From positions 29,080,001-29,144,000 of the forward strand of contig NC_087436.1 in the NCBI RefSeq assembly GCF_036321535.1: a stretch of DNA of 64,000 bases, read 5' to 3'. This DNA comes from Camelus dromedarius. Its lineage: Eukaryota. Positions 1-13,064 of the stretch are shown here, one piece after another. Each line of letters starts with the position of its first letter. Positions within the stretch are counted from its first letter, which is position 1. The notes under the pieces were generated by a model. That model ran no database searches and was not told where the DNA came from. It worked only from the letters and a program-made list of their open reading frames with translations. A program made the translations under genes and the position numbers.

Positions 1-834
1 AATATGAAATAAGTAGACAAAGAAATTCAGGGAGAAACTATTTCTTCATATTTATTTTTCTGCTCTTTTCAAGGTCAGTAAAATAAATTCTCTGAAATTG
101 TATGTTTTAAAAACACTTTGCAATGAAATTTATTGTTCGTTGATGAGAAGTTCTCCAGCATTTGGAAGCCTGAACACTCTTAAACATTTGGGGTTTAAAG
201 TAGGCATAAACCTGTAGAAACCCAAGGAGACACTGGCTAAATGTATCGAGCTAAGTTTATTTTTTTTAAATAATGGGAAGCTATGAAGAATCTGTTACAG
301 TAGGAGACTAACCCAAGGTCTCCTTTTTGTTTTGGACAGTGGGCCCCAGGTTTTATCCTCCCTATTTCTGAATAATTTACTCTCCTGGATGGCTTCTGAG
401 TGAAACAGAAGCTAAGAATGAGTATCTTTTCACCTGAAACAAATACTATGCTTAAGAGCTAACAGAGTCCCATTGGCTATGTCTTCCCCAAAGTTTTTAA
501 GGACATACTGGTTGAGATCTCAGTCCTTCCCACTGATGCTTCCTGTTGATGCTTAGGTTTAATAAAACATGAGTAAACATCTTCAAGATGCGGATTATTG
601 CAGTGTAAGTACAGCTGACTTATTTTGCACATTAAGTTAGGGTTTGGGGGGAATGATCATATTTTTAGGCTGTGCTTGCATGGACCTATGTCCTATAATC
701 TAGGTTTTAAACCCTTTATTTTTATGAACTCACGTTTATTAAATATAGGGCCCTCCAGAAACTAATAACTTGTAATGTGCCATGTAACTTGAATTTGAGA
801 TGAAAAGTGGCAACACATTTTGGTCGGTTGATTA

Positions 835-1040
835 ATTTATTTATTCAACTCAAGAAATGCATACAGAGCACCTACTGTATACCGAAGTGCTTGGGTTACA
901 TTATGAATAAAATAGAGAAATGGTCTCACTGTGTGTGTGCACACACACACACACACACACACATTAAATAAATAAATAATGAGTATGTTAGAAGGTGAAA
1001 AGTGCCACGGAGACTAGGAAAAGTAGAACAAGTTAAGAGG
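835..1040 (-). mobile_element. LINE-2 3' fragment containing a (CA)n microsatellite (~931-963)
   Basis: TTTATTCAAC...GAGCACCTACTGTAT...GTGCTTGGG...ATGAATAAAATAGA resembles an antisense L2 3' end. Confidence 0.65.
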
Positions 1041-1053
1041 ATCTCTTAATTTA

Positions 1054-1183
1054 TTTTTTATTTTTCATTTCCTTTTCAATTTTTTTAAATTGAAGTACAA
1101 TCAGTTACAATGTGTCAATTTCTGGTATACAGCACAATGTCTCAGTCATGCATATACATACATATATTTGTTTTTGTATTCCG
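1054..1183 (-). mobile_element. 5'-truncated lineage-specific L1 3' end with TSD
   Basis: T-rich tail followed by TTGAAGTACAATCAGTTACAATGTGTCAATTTCTGGTATACAGCA (L1 3'UTR, antisense). Flanked by direct repeat CTTAATTTA at 1045-1053 and 1184-1192. Confidence 0.75.
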
Positions 1184-4100
1184 CTTAATTTAAAATTAAG
1201 TGTTTTTTCCCTCCTAAATGTGGGAGGGTAATGGAACTCAGACATGAAATAGAGTAAGATATTAGTAAGTGACTGTGGTGGTATTGCCATGAGAGGAGAC
1301 AACAAACACAACATTAGGTTCTTTTTTAAGGTTTCCTTCAGGAGTTGCTTTAAAGTAGACTTCTCATTAACCACTAAATTGAATGTTTTCCCAGTAGGCA
1401 ATTTGCCCCAAATACTAAATTAGTGGGCGAACCACTAAAACAACTCTGTCATTTAATGGCAAGAAGATTTTTAAAGCAAAGGAATTTCTAGATGGGATGT
1501 AGAGTACATTTCTATTTTTTAATTGTTGCTTTTTTTTCCTGCCAGAAACAGAAGGTAGTATTTAAGAATGTGTCGGTGGAGGTAAAATTTTAGTTTAGGA
1601 TATTGAGTTGCCAGCAAGAGACTTCAGAAGAATTTCTTTGCCTCAACAAAACCCTTATCTTCCATGGGGAATAGTTAAACACTAATAAAAGTAAAGGAAT
1701 TAAAAGCAAGGAAAAGTCTAGTTATTGTCATCCCAACAAGTGAGTTTCACATGGAAACTGATAACAAAGGACTTTGCCAAATTTGGCTGCTTTAAGAGCC
1801 TGCCTGCATTGGCCTCTGCAAAAATATGACTTGCATTCAAGTTTCAATGAAAATGCTTAATTGTACTAAATGTCAATCTGATGGGCTCTTCTAAAATGTA
1901 CTGTCTGCCAGTAGTATAGCGTGTTGCCTGTACACAGTTTATAAGGTTTCTCCCAACTCATTCAGTTATATAATCCGACAAGCAGTGGTCTGAGAACAAG
2001 TCATGTCCTCTGTCCATGCAAAATCTGCAATTCCATAGTACTCCGTCATGTAGTGTTCTGGAAGGTTTACTCCTAAAATTTCATTGATTTTACCAATATG
2101 CCTATATCCCACGCTTACTTATTTATTTACTTACTGATTTCGCACACTTATTTATTCACTTATTTAAAAATATGAAATGAACTCCTTTATATTTCGGACA
2201 TTGTGCTAAGCATTTACAGAAACTTTTTCTGGATAAAAATGTTTTCATATGAAAGATGGGACAGTGATATGGGAAGTGTCTGTATCCAGTTTGAGAATCA
2301 CTAGTTCTTTCTAGGTTACAGCTATGTATAAATTAGGAAAGTAGAGATGGATGATGGTGAAGATGTAGATAGAAGTGTCACTAGGTTTGGAAGCAGAGAA
2401 GCAAACTGGAAGAATTCCGTTAAGTGATATTCATAATGATGCCAAAGAGAAAAGGTTAAATGTTGTTGACTATATTCCTCTTAATAAGACAAGAGACATT
2501 TTTACTACATTTCAGAATTATTTTAACACAGCAATCCACCTTTATAGAAAGTTAATAATAACTTATGTTACTGATAATAATTGTTTACATTTATATATTT
2601 AAATAGTTTGTGAAATTTTTAAAGTCAGAAAATTACTTTGTATGTATTTTATTTTTAAACTTGGATGGGTAAATTTTACCATTACAGATTATATTCAGTG
2701 TATTTTTTAAATTGTTCCATATATTAGCTTACTGATTTGCTACAAACTTGTTTTCTATAAAAAAATTTCCTTTACTTTATAGAGTTGCAGTGCAGCTAAG
2801 GACTAGATTTATAAATCTTCTAAATGTTCAAAAAATGATGTGTAAATCACTTTCTCCTCCATACAATGGAATTCTACTTTAGTACAATATATAGAATTAT
2901 CTTATACATACTTACCTGTAGCTGTCTGGTTTCTAACTTAATTTCATCCAATAGACTTCGTACTGTGTTTTAGTTTCTTCAGTTTTATATCTTAGCTTCC
3001 GTAGAATGATTGTGAAATTTCCTGTAATATCTTTCTGGGAGAAATGAAAGTAATTAAGAAGCAGAAAGTTACCTATTTAATTAGCCTATTTGTATCCTCA
3101 GAAGAATCCTTAGTTGTGAAAAATCTGAGGGAGCTTGCCCTTAGTTAATTGAATCAGAGCCTTTTTTAGTCTTTACATTTCTCCCCACTCACTTGGTTTA
3201 GTTCTGTTCTCCAAAATGACTCAGTAAAAAAAAAATCCCAGATTATATATCTTCATCTAAGCAATATTTTGTGGAAGCCTAGAAGTCTATGGTCAAATCT
3301 CAGGTCAGTGTCCGTCCTGGTTTGTTACCAGAAAGGCGCTGAATGTATTTTTATGATAAGAAAGTATTCAAATATGAAAATGTATCTCATTGATCTTTAA
3401 GACTAAGGAATTTAATACGGTGACATCTACTGAACAATTCAAATGCAGTTTGAGAGCTGCTTAATCTTTCTGTCGTGTGGGTATTGCTGAACCGCAGGTG
3501 TGGAGAGCTAGGCTTACGTATAGATCCTTCCTTCCCTAGATAATTGTAGTATTTACTAAGATGAACTTTATCTGTTTCAGCTTAATATTTCTCTGAAAGG
3601 GCATTCCTAATTTAGAAGCAAGTGAATAAAGGCATCATGCTTTTAATTACTTTTAGAGAAGAACTTAGTTCTTTCCCCCTTTGAATACTCTAAATTAGAT
3701 TAAACTTTTGGGGGAGAGACAAAGCAGAGGGGAGTAGCCAGTGGGGAAGTGTTTTGAAGCCAAATGCAAGTTACCAATCCTTTTATGGAATAAAGGAAAC
3801 CGAGAAGAACAGCAGCTGCCATTTCAGCTTGATAACTCCAGGACCTCCTAGTGAAATCATTTTGAGACTGCTGAGTAGAAACAGTTTAAAGGTCTATTGT
3901 AAAAGAAACAAGAATTTTATTCATTAATTAGACTCGTCAGAGAGTGCTTTGATTTTGCAAAAGTGAATAACCTTTTATTCCCTGGTTACAGTTAAATCCT
4001 TAAGCTCATTTGATTTCCTGTGCCCCATTCTATTTCACGTTAAGTTTTCACCTTTACAAATGCACTGTACCAGGCCAGTCCCGGAAAGGTTTTCATTTCC

Positions 4101-4595
4101 CTTTCACTTCAGGAAAAAAGCAGAGTAACTTTTCACAAAATTAGCACATAATGAGGGGGATCTACATTGCAGAATGAAACCTCTGATAATGCACAAGTAA
4201 TAGAGTGAGGGAATATTTTGTTTATGTGTTCCGCACCTCAACCTCAGATAGATAATGAAGACTGTTTTTTTTTTTTTTGTCTTAATAGTGGTTTTTTATG
4301 TTGGAAAATATTGAACTTCTTTATGGAGATTATTTTCAGTTTTGCTGCTTTACAGTTGAGATTGGTTCAAAGGCAGAATTTATGCCAGCATTTGGGATTT
4401 TGCTGTCTAGCGTCTATCAAACATTAATTCACACCTGATTAATTCAGAATTTTTGAAAATGTGAGTCTAATATTGAACTTTTTTGACACAGTGGAAAGGG
4501 GCTTGTTAAACAAATAAACAGCATAAAAAATTAGGTAGGGAAAGTACACATACTTAGAGATCAAGCAGTTTTCCAGGTTTTAAAAACAGTTGAGT

Positions 4596-4731
4596 GGGGA
4601 GGATATAGCTCAAGTGGTAGAGTGCATGCTTAGCATGCATGAGGTCCTGGGTTCAGTCCCCAGTACCTCCTCTAAAAATAAATAAATAAACCTAATCCCC
4701 CCTCCCCCAAAAAAAGATTAAAAAAAAAAAA
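4596..4731 (+). mobile_element. tRNA-Ala-derived SINE (camelid Vic-1 type)
   Basis: GGGGAGGATATAGCTCAAGTGGTAGAGTGCATGCTTAGCATGCATGAGGTCCTGGGTTCAGTCCCCAGTACCTCC head with A/B boxes, then an A-rich/C-rich tail and poly(A). TSD AAAAACAGTTGA (4582-4593) / AAAAACAATTGA (4727-4738). Confidence 0.9.
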
Positions 4732-4899
4732 CAATTGAAAATGTTCAAAGCATTATTTGTCAATCACTTTGAGTTGACAGTTTCAGCTCACTTATTAATT
4801 ATAGCATTTATCTTCCTAAGAAATATTTGATTGTTTTAGAGAACATATTTCAAGTTATCATAGTTTCTTAAAAATAACTATTTTTAATTTAATTTTCTT

Positions 4900-5850
4900 A
4901 GTGTAGTAAATTAACATACATCTTAACCAAAAAGTACAGTGTTCAGAAAATAGAAATCTGCTGCTGCTACCCTCCCCACCAAGATCCCCAATCATCAGGG
5001 GCAAGTATTTGACCGTTGTGAGCTTTTTCTTTTGGTATTTGTGCCTATATATCTAAATAGCTTATTGATATTTTTATTTCTTGATTTCTCAGTTTTAGAC
5101 TATGTGTATCTATTAATATCCCAAAGTAGAAGATCTTTTAACAATCTGCTCATACACATAAAAACACATTTCCTCTATTTCCATTATTTTATTAGTTTTA
5201 CTGTAAATTTTAGTTAAAACCTTATTCAGTTTTTACAATATTATGAGTATGTAAATCTGTTTATATCTGAGCTAAATACTGTAGATTATAAATATAATGG
5301 CTTTCATGTGCTACTCTTTTTACCTAGAGTTAATAACTTGTTTTATTGTGTGTTTAATTTGTATATCCCTATCACTCCAAATTCTCCGAAAGTGTTGTAA
5401 AATTCTCTCAGTACAAGCACATCAGATAAGTCAGATAATTTACTTACTACCAGCTTCTTATTCCATTCGGCAACAGCTATCAGTCAGAACTTTCATCATC
5501 ATGCCATCATCTCCAAATTCCCTTTGCTTTTCTCGTTGATTTTCTGTTTATTGATTTTGTTCAGTCTTTTTCATTTACAGGGTTATTTTATGTGTGATGC
5601 TCATCCATTCAGTTTGAAATGCAGAACTAACATGTTGACTTAATGCTCAGAATAAAAGGGTTGATTGGGTGTTCGGTGTGCACACCTCAGTGTGAGAAGG
5701 AAGCATGTCCCTCACAGTAGGGAGAGTCATTTAATTGGGGATCCTTACATATCAGTGTCTAGAGATCATTTATCTTGGACTAATTTTCATAGAGCAAGCT
5801 CTTCTAATCTCCTGCAAAGAAATGGGCTGGGGAATTCCACTTTGGCTAGG
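4900..5850 (-). mobile_element. Old HAL1/L1M-like fragment
   Basis: T-rich degraded sequence. 5710-5815 (CACAGTAGGG...TTGGGGATCC...ATCAGTGTCT...CTCTTCTAATCTCCTGC) resembles HAL1. Confidence 0.5.
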
Positions 5851-6044
5851 CAGATCTTCATATTTTGAATAAGAACATGGCATGGTTAATTGAGACATGA
5901 AATACAAGAAACAATTTTAGAGGAGACATGTTGAATTTGGTTTCAGATACATCAACCTTGAGAATCCTTTGAAATATTAAATGGCAACCTGCAATATAGG
6001 GCTGGAGCTCATCACAGAATTCAGGTTTAAATATACAGATTCGA

Positions 6045-6500
6045 TTGGATTATGTTACCTACACAGAACGGCAGTATTCCCATCACAGGTGCTTAAGTAA
6101 AACAGAAATTTATTTCAGTCTTGTGGAAGAGCACGGTGGAAGGCAACTTGGGCTGAAATGAGCACTAAAAAGTTATCCAGGGTCCTTCATGATCTCCTCT
6201 TTGCCATCCCTGGGTATGGCATTCCTCCCACTGCGTCCAGAGTTGCTGGTGGAGATGCTTCATCACAGTGGTGTCTCCAGTAACAACATGGAGGAAGAGA
6301 GGAAGGTAGCATAGCCTCTCCCCTTGAAAGAGACTTAGCCAGCCTCTGACCCATTCTGTTTACATCTCTTTCACCAGACTTAGCCACATCTCCTCAAGTT
6401 ACCAGGAAGCCTTGTAAATGTGGTCTTTTATTCTGTGTGGTACCGTGGCAGGCTAAAAAATGGCTTTCTATATTTAAATAAAAACACGGGAATGGAGGAC
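6045..6500 (-). mobile_element. Old MLT1-family (MaLR) LTR
   Basis: GCTTAAGTAAAACAGAAATTTATTTC ... TTACATCTCTTTCACCAGACTTAGCCACAT ... AAATGTGGTCTTT motifs are typical of old MLT1 LTRs. Confidence 0.55.
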
Positions 6501-6799
6501 AGTGTATGCATCTCACAGTCTTAAATTAAGTCGCTGGCATATAGATTGCATTTAGAAATATGGGTATGTGTGACTCACAGCACGTATATTAAAAACCTTA
6601 TTTTTAAGTCAGATTTTTGTAGATTGAGCAATGGAAGACAAATGAGACTCTAAAGAGAAACAGGGACAAATCCTTCCAGAAGCATGGATGAAAGGGGAGA
6701 GAGATAAGACAGTTGCTCCAAAGTTTAGGTTTTGTGGGAGAGGACAGTAAAGTGAATTCAGAAAAAGGTGAGTCAAAAATGAAGGATGTATAAGACTGA

Positions 6800-7000
6800 T
6801 GATCAACTAATATTTATTAAATGATGCTGTTGATGCTGACTGAATGCTTTTATTGTACTAACCCTTTGCTGTAGGTATTGTTATCATCTTCATTTTATAA
6901 AAATTAACTTAGACTTGAAAGATTAAATAACTTAAATTGAGACACAGAGCTGACAAAAGCCTAGAGCCGAGAATTTTATTCTAACCCCCTTTGTCAACAC
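6800..7000 (-). mobile_element. MIR SINE
   Basis: GTAGGTATTGTTATCATCTTCATTTTATA...GATTAAATAACTT...CACAGAGCT MIR core. Confidence 0.6.
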
Positions 7001-8049
7001 ATAGTCACAACCTGCCTTGTTATCTTCTTGTTCCTGGAGGAACTCTTCTCTTAACCACTATCCGACTTCCTTCTTCTTCTTCTTTTTTTTTTTTTTTTTA
7101 GTTAGGAAGTTAAGGAGCTCAGTGAAGGTAAATAGGTGGTTTTTGTCAGAAAGGGCAGTATATGAGCAAGGTTTCAGTGGAAAAAACTTTTTAGTGGTGA
7201 CAAATTTCAAAGCCATTTTTTAACCAGGAAACTGAATTAGATGCCAAATTTACAAATTCTAATTAGGTTTCCAAAGCAGAAGCTGATAATGACGTTTTAA
7301 GTAAAATTAATACTGTTAATCTTCATTGAACTATAAATCTTGCTTAAAAAGTGGGGAGAATCGGTGCTTAGGCTTTACATTTCATTCTTTATTTTTGTTT
7401 GGTCTCCCATCATTTAAAATTATAAATAAGGTTCAGTTACGATAACTATGATAATGTTTTGTTTGAGTTAATTTTGTTTATATGAAAAGATGCTCCAGAT
7501 TTCTGGGTAGTTAGTTTCTACATTTTTATGTGATTTTATTCTTTAGAACCATGTTATTACTCTAGAGAGTCAGTAAGGGTACAGAATAGGAAAAGGGTAT
7601 GGCTTCCTCTTGGGAAGGACCAACAGTTTGTTGACTTTTTCATTGTCTAGAGTGTAGATTAAGAGCCTGATTCTTTTACTATACAGAGATTATTTCTGTT
7701 TCTCTGGTGTCATTTCTCATTGACCAACAGTGTAAGACTGATGTATGCTAGCAGAATGTATTTAAGTACAATGGTAAGCAACTAACAGAGACCAGAGGTG
7801 TGGAGTTCTGTGTGACTGCAGAAGCCCCCTTTCCTTCATGTAGTTAAGCCTCTGCCGGGACCAGTTGCTTCCTGTTCCTGAAATGAGACTAAGGCAAGCT
7901 AATTTAATTGGATTTAATTTTATAGTATCACTAAAATTATCTAATGCATTCATCTCATATGATGGTCTTACCTGAAGAATAGTCCATTATTTGTGGCTCA
8001 TTGTGAGGAGAGGGTATCAATGTATAATTCTTGAGCCCTGCATATAGAG

Positions 8050-8235
8050 GTTTTCACATTACTCTTATTTACCCTTTACTGAAACATTTTGAAGTTGATA
8101 ATATTCTCATTCTACACATGAGAAAACTGAGGTTAAAAAGCTACTATGAATTGTCCAAGGCTTGTAAATGGTTGAGTCAGAATTGTAACCACGGCCAATT
8201 CCACAGCCCCAAATCTAAAGGACTCACTTTACATT
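8050..8235 (-). mobile_element. MIR SINE
   Basis: CTCATTCTACACATGAGAAAACTGAGG...TTGTCCAAGG MIR core. Confidence 0.65.
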
Positions 8236-8252
8236 ATTGTCTGTAGCATGCA

Positions 8253-8692
8253 TGTATTTGTTTTACGGGGCGGCTGTAAAAAAAAAAAAATCCCCACAAA
8301 CTTGGTGTCTTAAAATAACAAATATTTGTTCTCTCACAGTTGTCGAGGCCAGAAGTCCAAAATCAAGGTGTTGGCTTCTTCTAATGGCTCTAGGGAAGAA
8401 TCCTTCTGGCCTCTACCAGCTTCACAGTTTTCGTTCACTTATGTCAGCATAACTCTAGTTAACAGCTCCATCTTTGCCTGGCCTTTTCCCCTGTGTTTCT
8501 GTGTCTCTTCTCCTTTTTTGTCTCTTATAAAGACATTTGTCATTGGATTTAGGACTCACCCTAATCCAAGAAGATCTCATTTAGAGATCCGTATCTTAAT
8601 TACATTTACAAAAACCCTTATTGCAAATAAGATCACATTATGAGGTTCTGGGTGAACATACCTTTTTGGGGACCACTGTTCAACCCATTACA
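8253..8692 (-). mobile_element. MLT1C-like MaLR solo LTR
   Basis: TGTATTTG...CCACAAACTTGGTGTCTTAAAATAACA...GGCCAGAAGTCCAAAATCAAGGTGTTGGC...CATTGGATTTAGGACTCACCCTAATCC...TTCAACCCATTACA, with TG...CA ends. Confidence 0.85.
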
Positions 8693-8719
8693 GTGGGCAT
8701 GGCTGAATTTTTTCTAAAC

Positions 8720-9440
8720 CTTTTTAAATTGTGATTATGACAAAAGTACAGAAAAATATGTAATACATACTGTACAATATAGTTAATAATTATAAAGGGA
8801 TCACCTGAGTAGCCACCACCTATATGGAGACATAGAACATTCCCAGCACTTTGAAAATGCATTGTTTCTTTTAATAATCAGTCATCTCTCATTCCTGTTT
8901 ACAAGAATGAGCCTGACTTTATGGGAATGACTTCCTTGCTTTTCTTTAAAATTTTACTTATATAGTAAAAGAATACAGTTTTACATATTTTTACATTTTA
9001 TATAAATGAAGCATAATTGTGCATCTTGTTTTGTGTTATGCTTCCATTAATTTTATAAGAATCACATGTGTCACTGATGGTGGCTGTAGTTAATGTATTT
9101 TCTTTACAACTTGGTTACTTTTCTTGCATATGTGTGTTATATATATATTTTTGGCTATCACAAGTGCTATTATTATGAAATTTCTACTTGTTCTAGTATA
9201 ACTGCAGTTTTATGTGAGATACATACTTATTAGATGACGAAGTTTTTCAGAGCAATGGGAGCAGTATACCCCTTATCAGCAGTTTATGTGAGTTCCCATT
9301 GCTCTCACGTATTTAATAGCTCATAGTGTTGGCTGACATTTTAGTTACCTGATGATTTAAAGGTGTGCAGTCCTGTTCTATGATAGTTTTCACTTAAATA
9401 TCCCTAATTATCAGTGATATTGAAAATGGTTTCATAGTTC
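8720..9440 (-). mobile_element. Old L1 (L1ME/L1MD-like) 3' region
   Basis: Degenerate antisense L1 3'UTR motifs (ATAGAACATTCCCAGCAC; TATATAAATGAAGCATA; CAGCAGTTTATGTGAGTTCCCATTGCTC). Confidence 0.65.
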
Positions 9441-11534
9441 TGTTGGAGTTACACTTCTTTAGAACCAGATGCAGATTCCGAAGTCTCGTACTAGATCCAA
9501 GCCAGCGAGGAAAGCTGCATCTCTAAGGTTATGGGATGGGCAAGGGAAGTGTTGAAAAAGTGGGACTATAGACCTTTTGACCCTATATACACAAAGACGT
9601 GAAAATATAGTAGTGGCCTGATAAAAATTTTAAAAACACAACGTCTAGGTTCATGCAGTACTTTTAGATAAGTATGGTCACAGTTGTGAGACTGTAATTT
9701 CCGTTTACTTTCTAGCTTAAGGCTGTGAACAACTTATTGTTTAATTAATTCTTAGACATTATGATATTATCCATATAATACTGAATTTTAATGAAAATTT
9801 AGTTACCAAATAAGGGTGAATCTATCAGACTTGTATTAACCTACATGGTAAGCTATCTTCTGTACTTGCTTCTACCCTTGGTCACTTTTTTAGTGTCATT
9901 TTTCATTTTGCAAATTGTCATTAGTTCCTAGATTTACAACCCTAGTATACTTCTTTAAAGTAATGTTTTTGTGCTTTATGATTATAATCACATCTCTTTC
10001 AGAAGAAGAAAAACAGAAAAGGGGGCCGTTATCAGTCTCTCAGATGAATTATATTCTATCATGTTGTTATTGGCCAAATGTATGTCTTACTAGTTGATAT
10101 AGACTGACATCTGAGTCAATCTGTATTATCATTCTACTGGGTGTTGAGGGTTTCCCTTAAAACCATGCTTTTCCATTTGCTTTGAGTCTCTTTGGCACCA
10201 TCTCCTGCTGTTGTAATCATTAGAAGACCATAGAGAGTGGAATTTCTCAAATACAGACAGTTGTATTCAGAACATGAGCCCTGCAGGCATTTCTTTTCAT
10301 TTTTACTTAGCTTGGGATATACAGACACACCTTTGACTTTCATATGCTTATTACAGAGCCTGAATGCAGTGTATGTTTCCTTCTGCTTTGAGATACAGAT
10401 GGCAAAAATCCTTAGTCTGCCAAGAAACTGTATTTGCTTCTAAATTCTGACTGTCCCATTATATGACTTTGTTATATTAAGATTTTAATAGTGCAAATAA
10501 GGGTCAAGGCTTCTTTGTTGCTGAGATACTAAATCACTTTTTGGCTTTCTTACATCTGACAGTTCTTTTCCACTTCATCTTTAAAAGCGGAAGTTCATGA
10601 GCTTTTCATCCTGTGGAGTAGTTGGATTTTATTCATGTTCAAACTCTTTGAAACCTGCCAACCATATAAAAACAGTTGCCAATATGGGAGAAGTCTTCCT
10701 TGTGTTGTGATAGAAAGGGTTTCACTGTTGAGACATAAACGTAAAATAAAAATGTATTTCTCCATTTTTAAAAGACGCAAGTGCCTCCTTGTCCCAGGTG
10801 GCTTTCTACAGGAGAGAGGACCAAAGTGGGTCGCTTGATAACGTTTTAGATTTCACATTATTTTTAAAACTATATATGTGTGTGCTTACAAACATATGCA
10901 TATCTATCTGTATATGTACACACACATATGTATTCAATGTTAGAAACAGTTTCAATTTAATGGCAATGTCAAGTTATATATGAACTTTCTTTGGACTTGT
11001 TTTTTGACAAATTAGGAAAACAAATGTTTTCCTTTTTTTTTTTTTTTAATTTTTGCATGCTTTGGGGGCCATAATTGAGATTTAGGCACCTAGATTTAAA
11101 AAGTATTCAAAATGAGCTTTTTTTTTTTTTTTAACAGTGACTATCTCTTAACACAAGTATGGTTTTTCTCCACTGCCAGGATTGTTTTGTGGGTGGTATT
11201 GTTATCCATCTAATCATCTGCAGCAGCAAACATGGGGTCATAGTTAAAAACATAAAACTTCTGTTGATTTTGCCTCTTCCATGTTTCCCAGTCATGTCTT
11301 TTCCTTCTGTTCAAACTGGTCTCCTCAGTTCCTAACATCCAGTTTTTCCTAAGTTTCTATCTGGCCATTTTGTTTTCTGGTTTCTCTCTATTCCAGTGCA
11401 TTATAAACGTTACTTTTGTACCATTTTTTCAAAAATATAGTTCTTACCCCATTTTTTCCTGCTACAAAACCTTCCATAGATTCCTGTTGTTATCAGAGTT
11501 AAAGTTTCAAATTTCTTAGAAACGACACAGCTCA

Positions 11535-11730
11535 GTACAGCAGCTACTGGCTATATGTTGCTATTTACATGTAAGTGTAAAATTAAAAGTAAATGAAAGA
11601 AATTGAGTTCCTCAATCACAGTGTCATTTCAAGTCCTCAAAATGCCACATGTTGGTAGTGACTACTAAATTGGACATCACTAATCTAGAGTATTTCCATC
11701 ATCACAGAAAGCTCTATTAGACAGCCCTGC
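11535..11730. mobile_element. MER3/MER33-like hAT-Charlie MITE
   Basis: GCAGCTACTGGCTATATGTTGCTATTTA...GTTCCTCAATCACA...CATTTCAAGTCCTCAA...CCACATG...TTTCCATCATCACAGAAAGCTCTATTAGACAGCCCTG. Confidence 0.75.
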
Positions 11731-11854
11731 CTTAGAATGTTAACACCAACCCTTCCATAGCCATTTCCAGCTTCGTTTTCCAGATTCATTTTCTTCTACA
11801 TAGTGTCAGTACACCACTGTGATCCAGTCATGTGCACGTACCTATTGTTGAAAG

Positions 11855-12190
11855 CATCAGTCATTCAATCAACAAATTCCCATTGAGCACCTTTGGTATA
11901 ATAGGCACTATTATTCCATTAGGAGCACTGCCATGAATTAAAGCAAGGCAAAATAAAACTGCTCTCATGAAGTATATGTTGGTGGGGGGATTATAAACAT
12001 CCAGAATATAAAAAATGTGAAATATCTGGTGGCAAGGGATATTAGGAAGAAAAATAAAAAATGGTAGTGTGTGGGAAACAGGTGAGTGGTTACATGGGGT
12101 GTTCAAGAAAAGGCTTTTTTGATGAGGGGATATTTCAGTACAGCCCCAAATGAAGTGGTGCGATGAACCTCATAGCTCTCTGGAGAAGTA
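11855..12190 (-). mobile_element. LINE-2 3' end
   Basis: CATTCAATCAACAAATTCCCATTGAGCACC...AGGCACT...TGCTCTCATGAAG. Confidence 0.7.
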
Positions 12191-13021
12191 TAAGTCCTTC
12201 TTTCTACAGCCTTCAGGCCGTGCCTCTCCTACATTTGTGGGAACATCATTTATAAAGGTCACAGCGTCATTAAGCGGGAGCCTCTTAACTTGCACGGAGG
12301 ATTTTTGGTCTCAAGCCAGACTGTAATCAGCATCATAGACTGCTAGAGCTTGAGGCAACCATAAAAATCATCTCATCTATTTCCTAATTTTAAGAAGGAG
12401 GTAGCCAAGATTTAGACAGGTTAATTGATTTGTTTTAAGTGATAAAGTGAAATGGCAATGGTAAAATGGCAGTTAGAACCTTGGTCCTCAGGTTAGGACT
12501 GAATTGTCTGAATAATGAAATTCAAATAAAGAGGACCTCTGGAACCTTTTAAGAATGAAAATGTATATATTTATATATATATACACACACACTTAATTTT
12601 GGCTTTCTTCAGAAGTGTGTTGGTACTGATGTTTCAAATGAACCATTGTTTTTCTCTTTACACTGCAGAGTCTGATTATTTAGAAACATTTTTGCAACAA
12701 TTTCCACATGTAAATATATTTTAAATTTTAGTTTCCCAATAGTGTAAAGCATTTTTTAGCATTATAAACTTGATGCATACACATTATGTATATATGCATG
12801 TGCAAGGTGGGTATATATGTGCATCTCTTTGTCATTAATTCCATATGCTGCTTTTGTGTTCACACAGTGTATTCAGAAAATCCCAAAATTTCCTTGTGTG
12901 GAGTTCTAGGTAGTAAAAAGTCATGGATTTTAATTAAATTATGGCTTTATTCTCCCAGTGAAATCCAGAGGAATTGCTCTAAGAATTTGTATAAGGAGTG
13001 GCCGAATAGTACATTTTCTAG

Positions 13022-13064
13022 AACATCTTTAAGCGATCAGAAGTCCTAAACTCATCTATGGCAG
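13022..13064 (+). other. Candidate 43-nt internal exon of an unidentified host gene (frame 0: NIFKRSEVLNSSMA)
   Basis: Acceptor CATTTTCTAG| and strong donor CAG|GTAAGG. TGCATG at 13102-13107. Lies in non-repetitive sequence; there is an alternative acceptor at 12958. Confidence 0.35.

Noticed and set aside
4596..4670. tRNA-Ala(AGC) gene
   Set aside because: It has a SINE tail, poly(A) and TSD, an altered T-loop (GTTCAGT) and extra 5' bases, so it is a retroposed SINE rather than a tRNA gene.
9463..9530. Possible exon NQMQIPKSRTRSKPARKAASL
   Set aside because: Weak donor (GTTATG), and the GCAGATTCC...ATCTCT motifs suggest a degraded MER5-like repeat.
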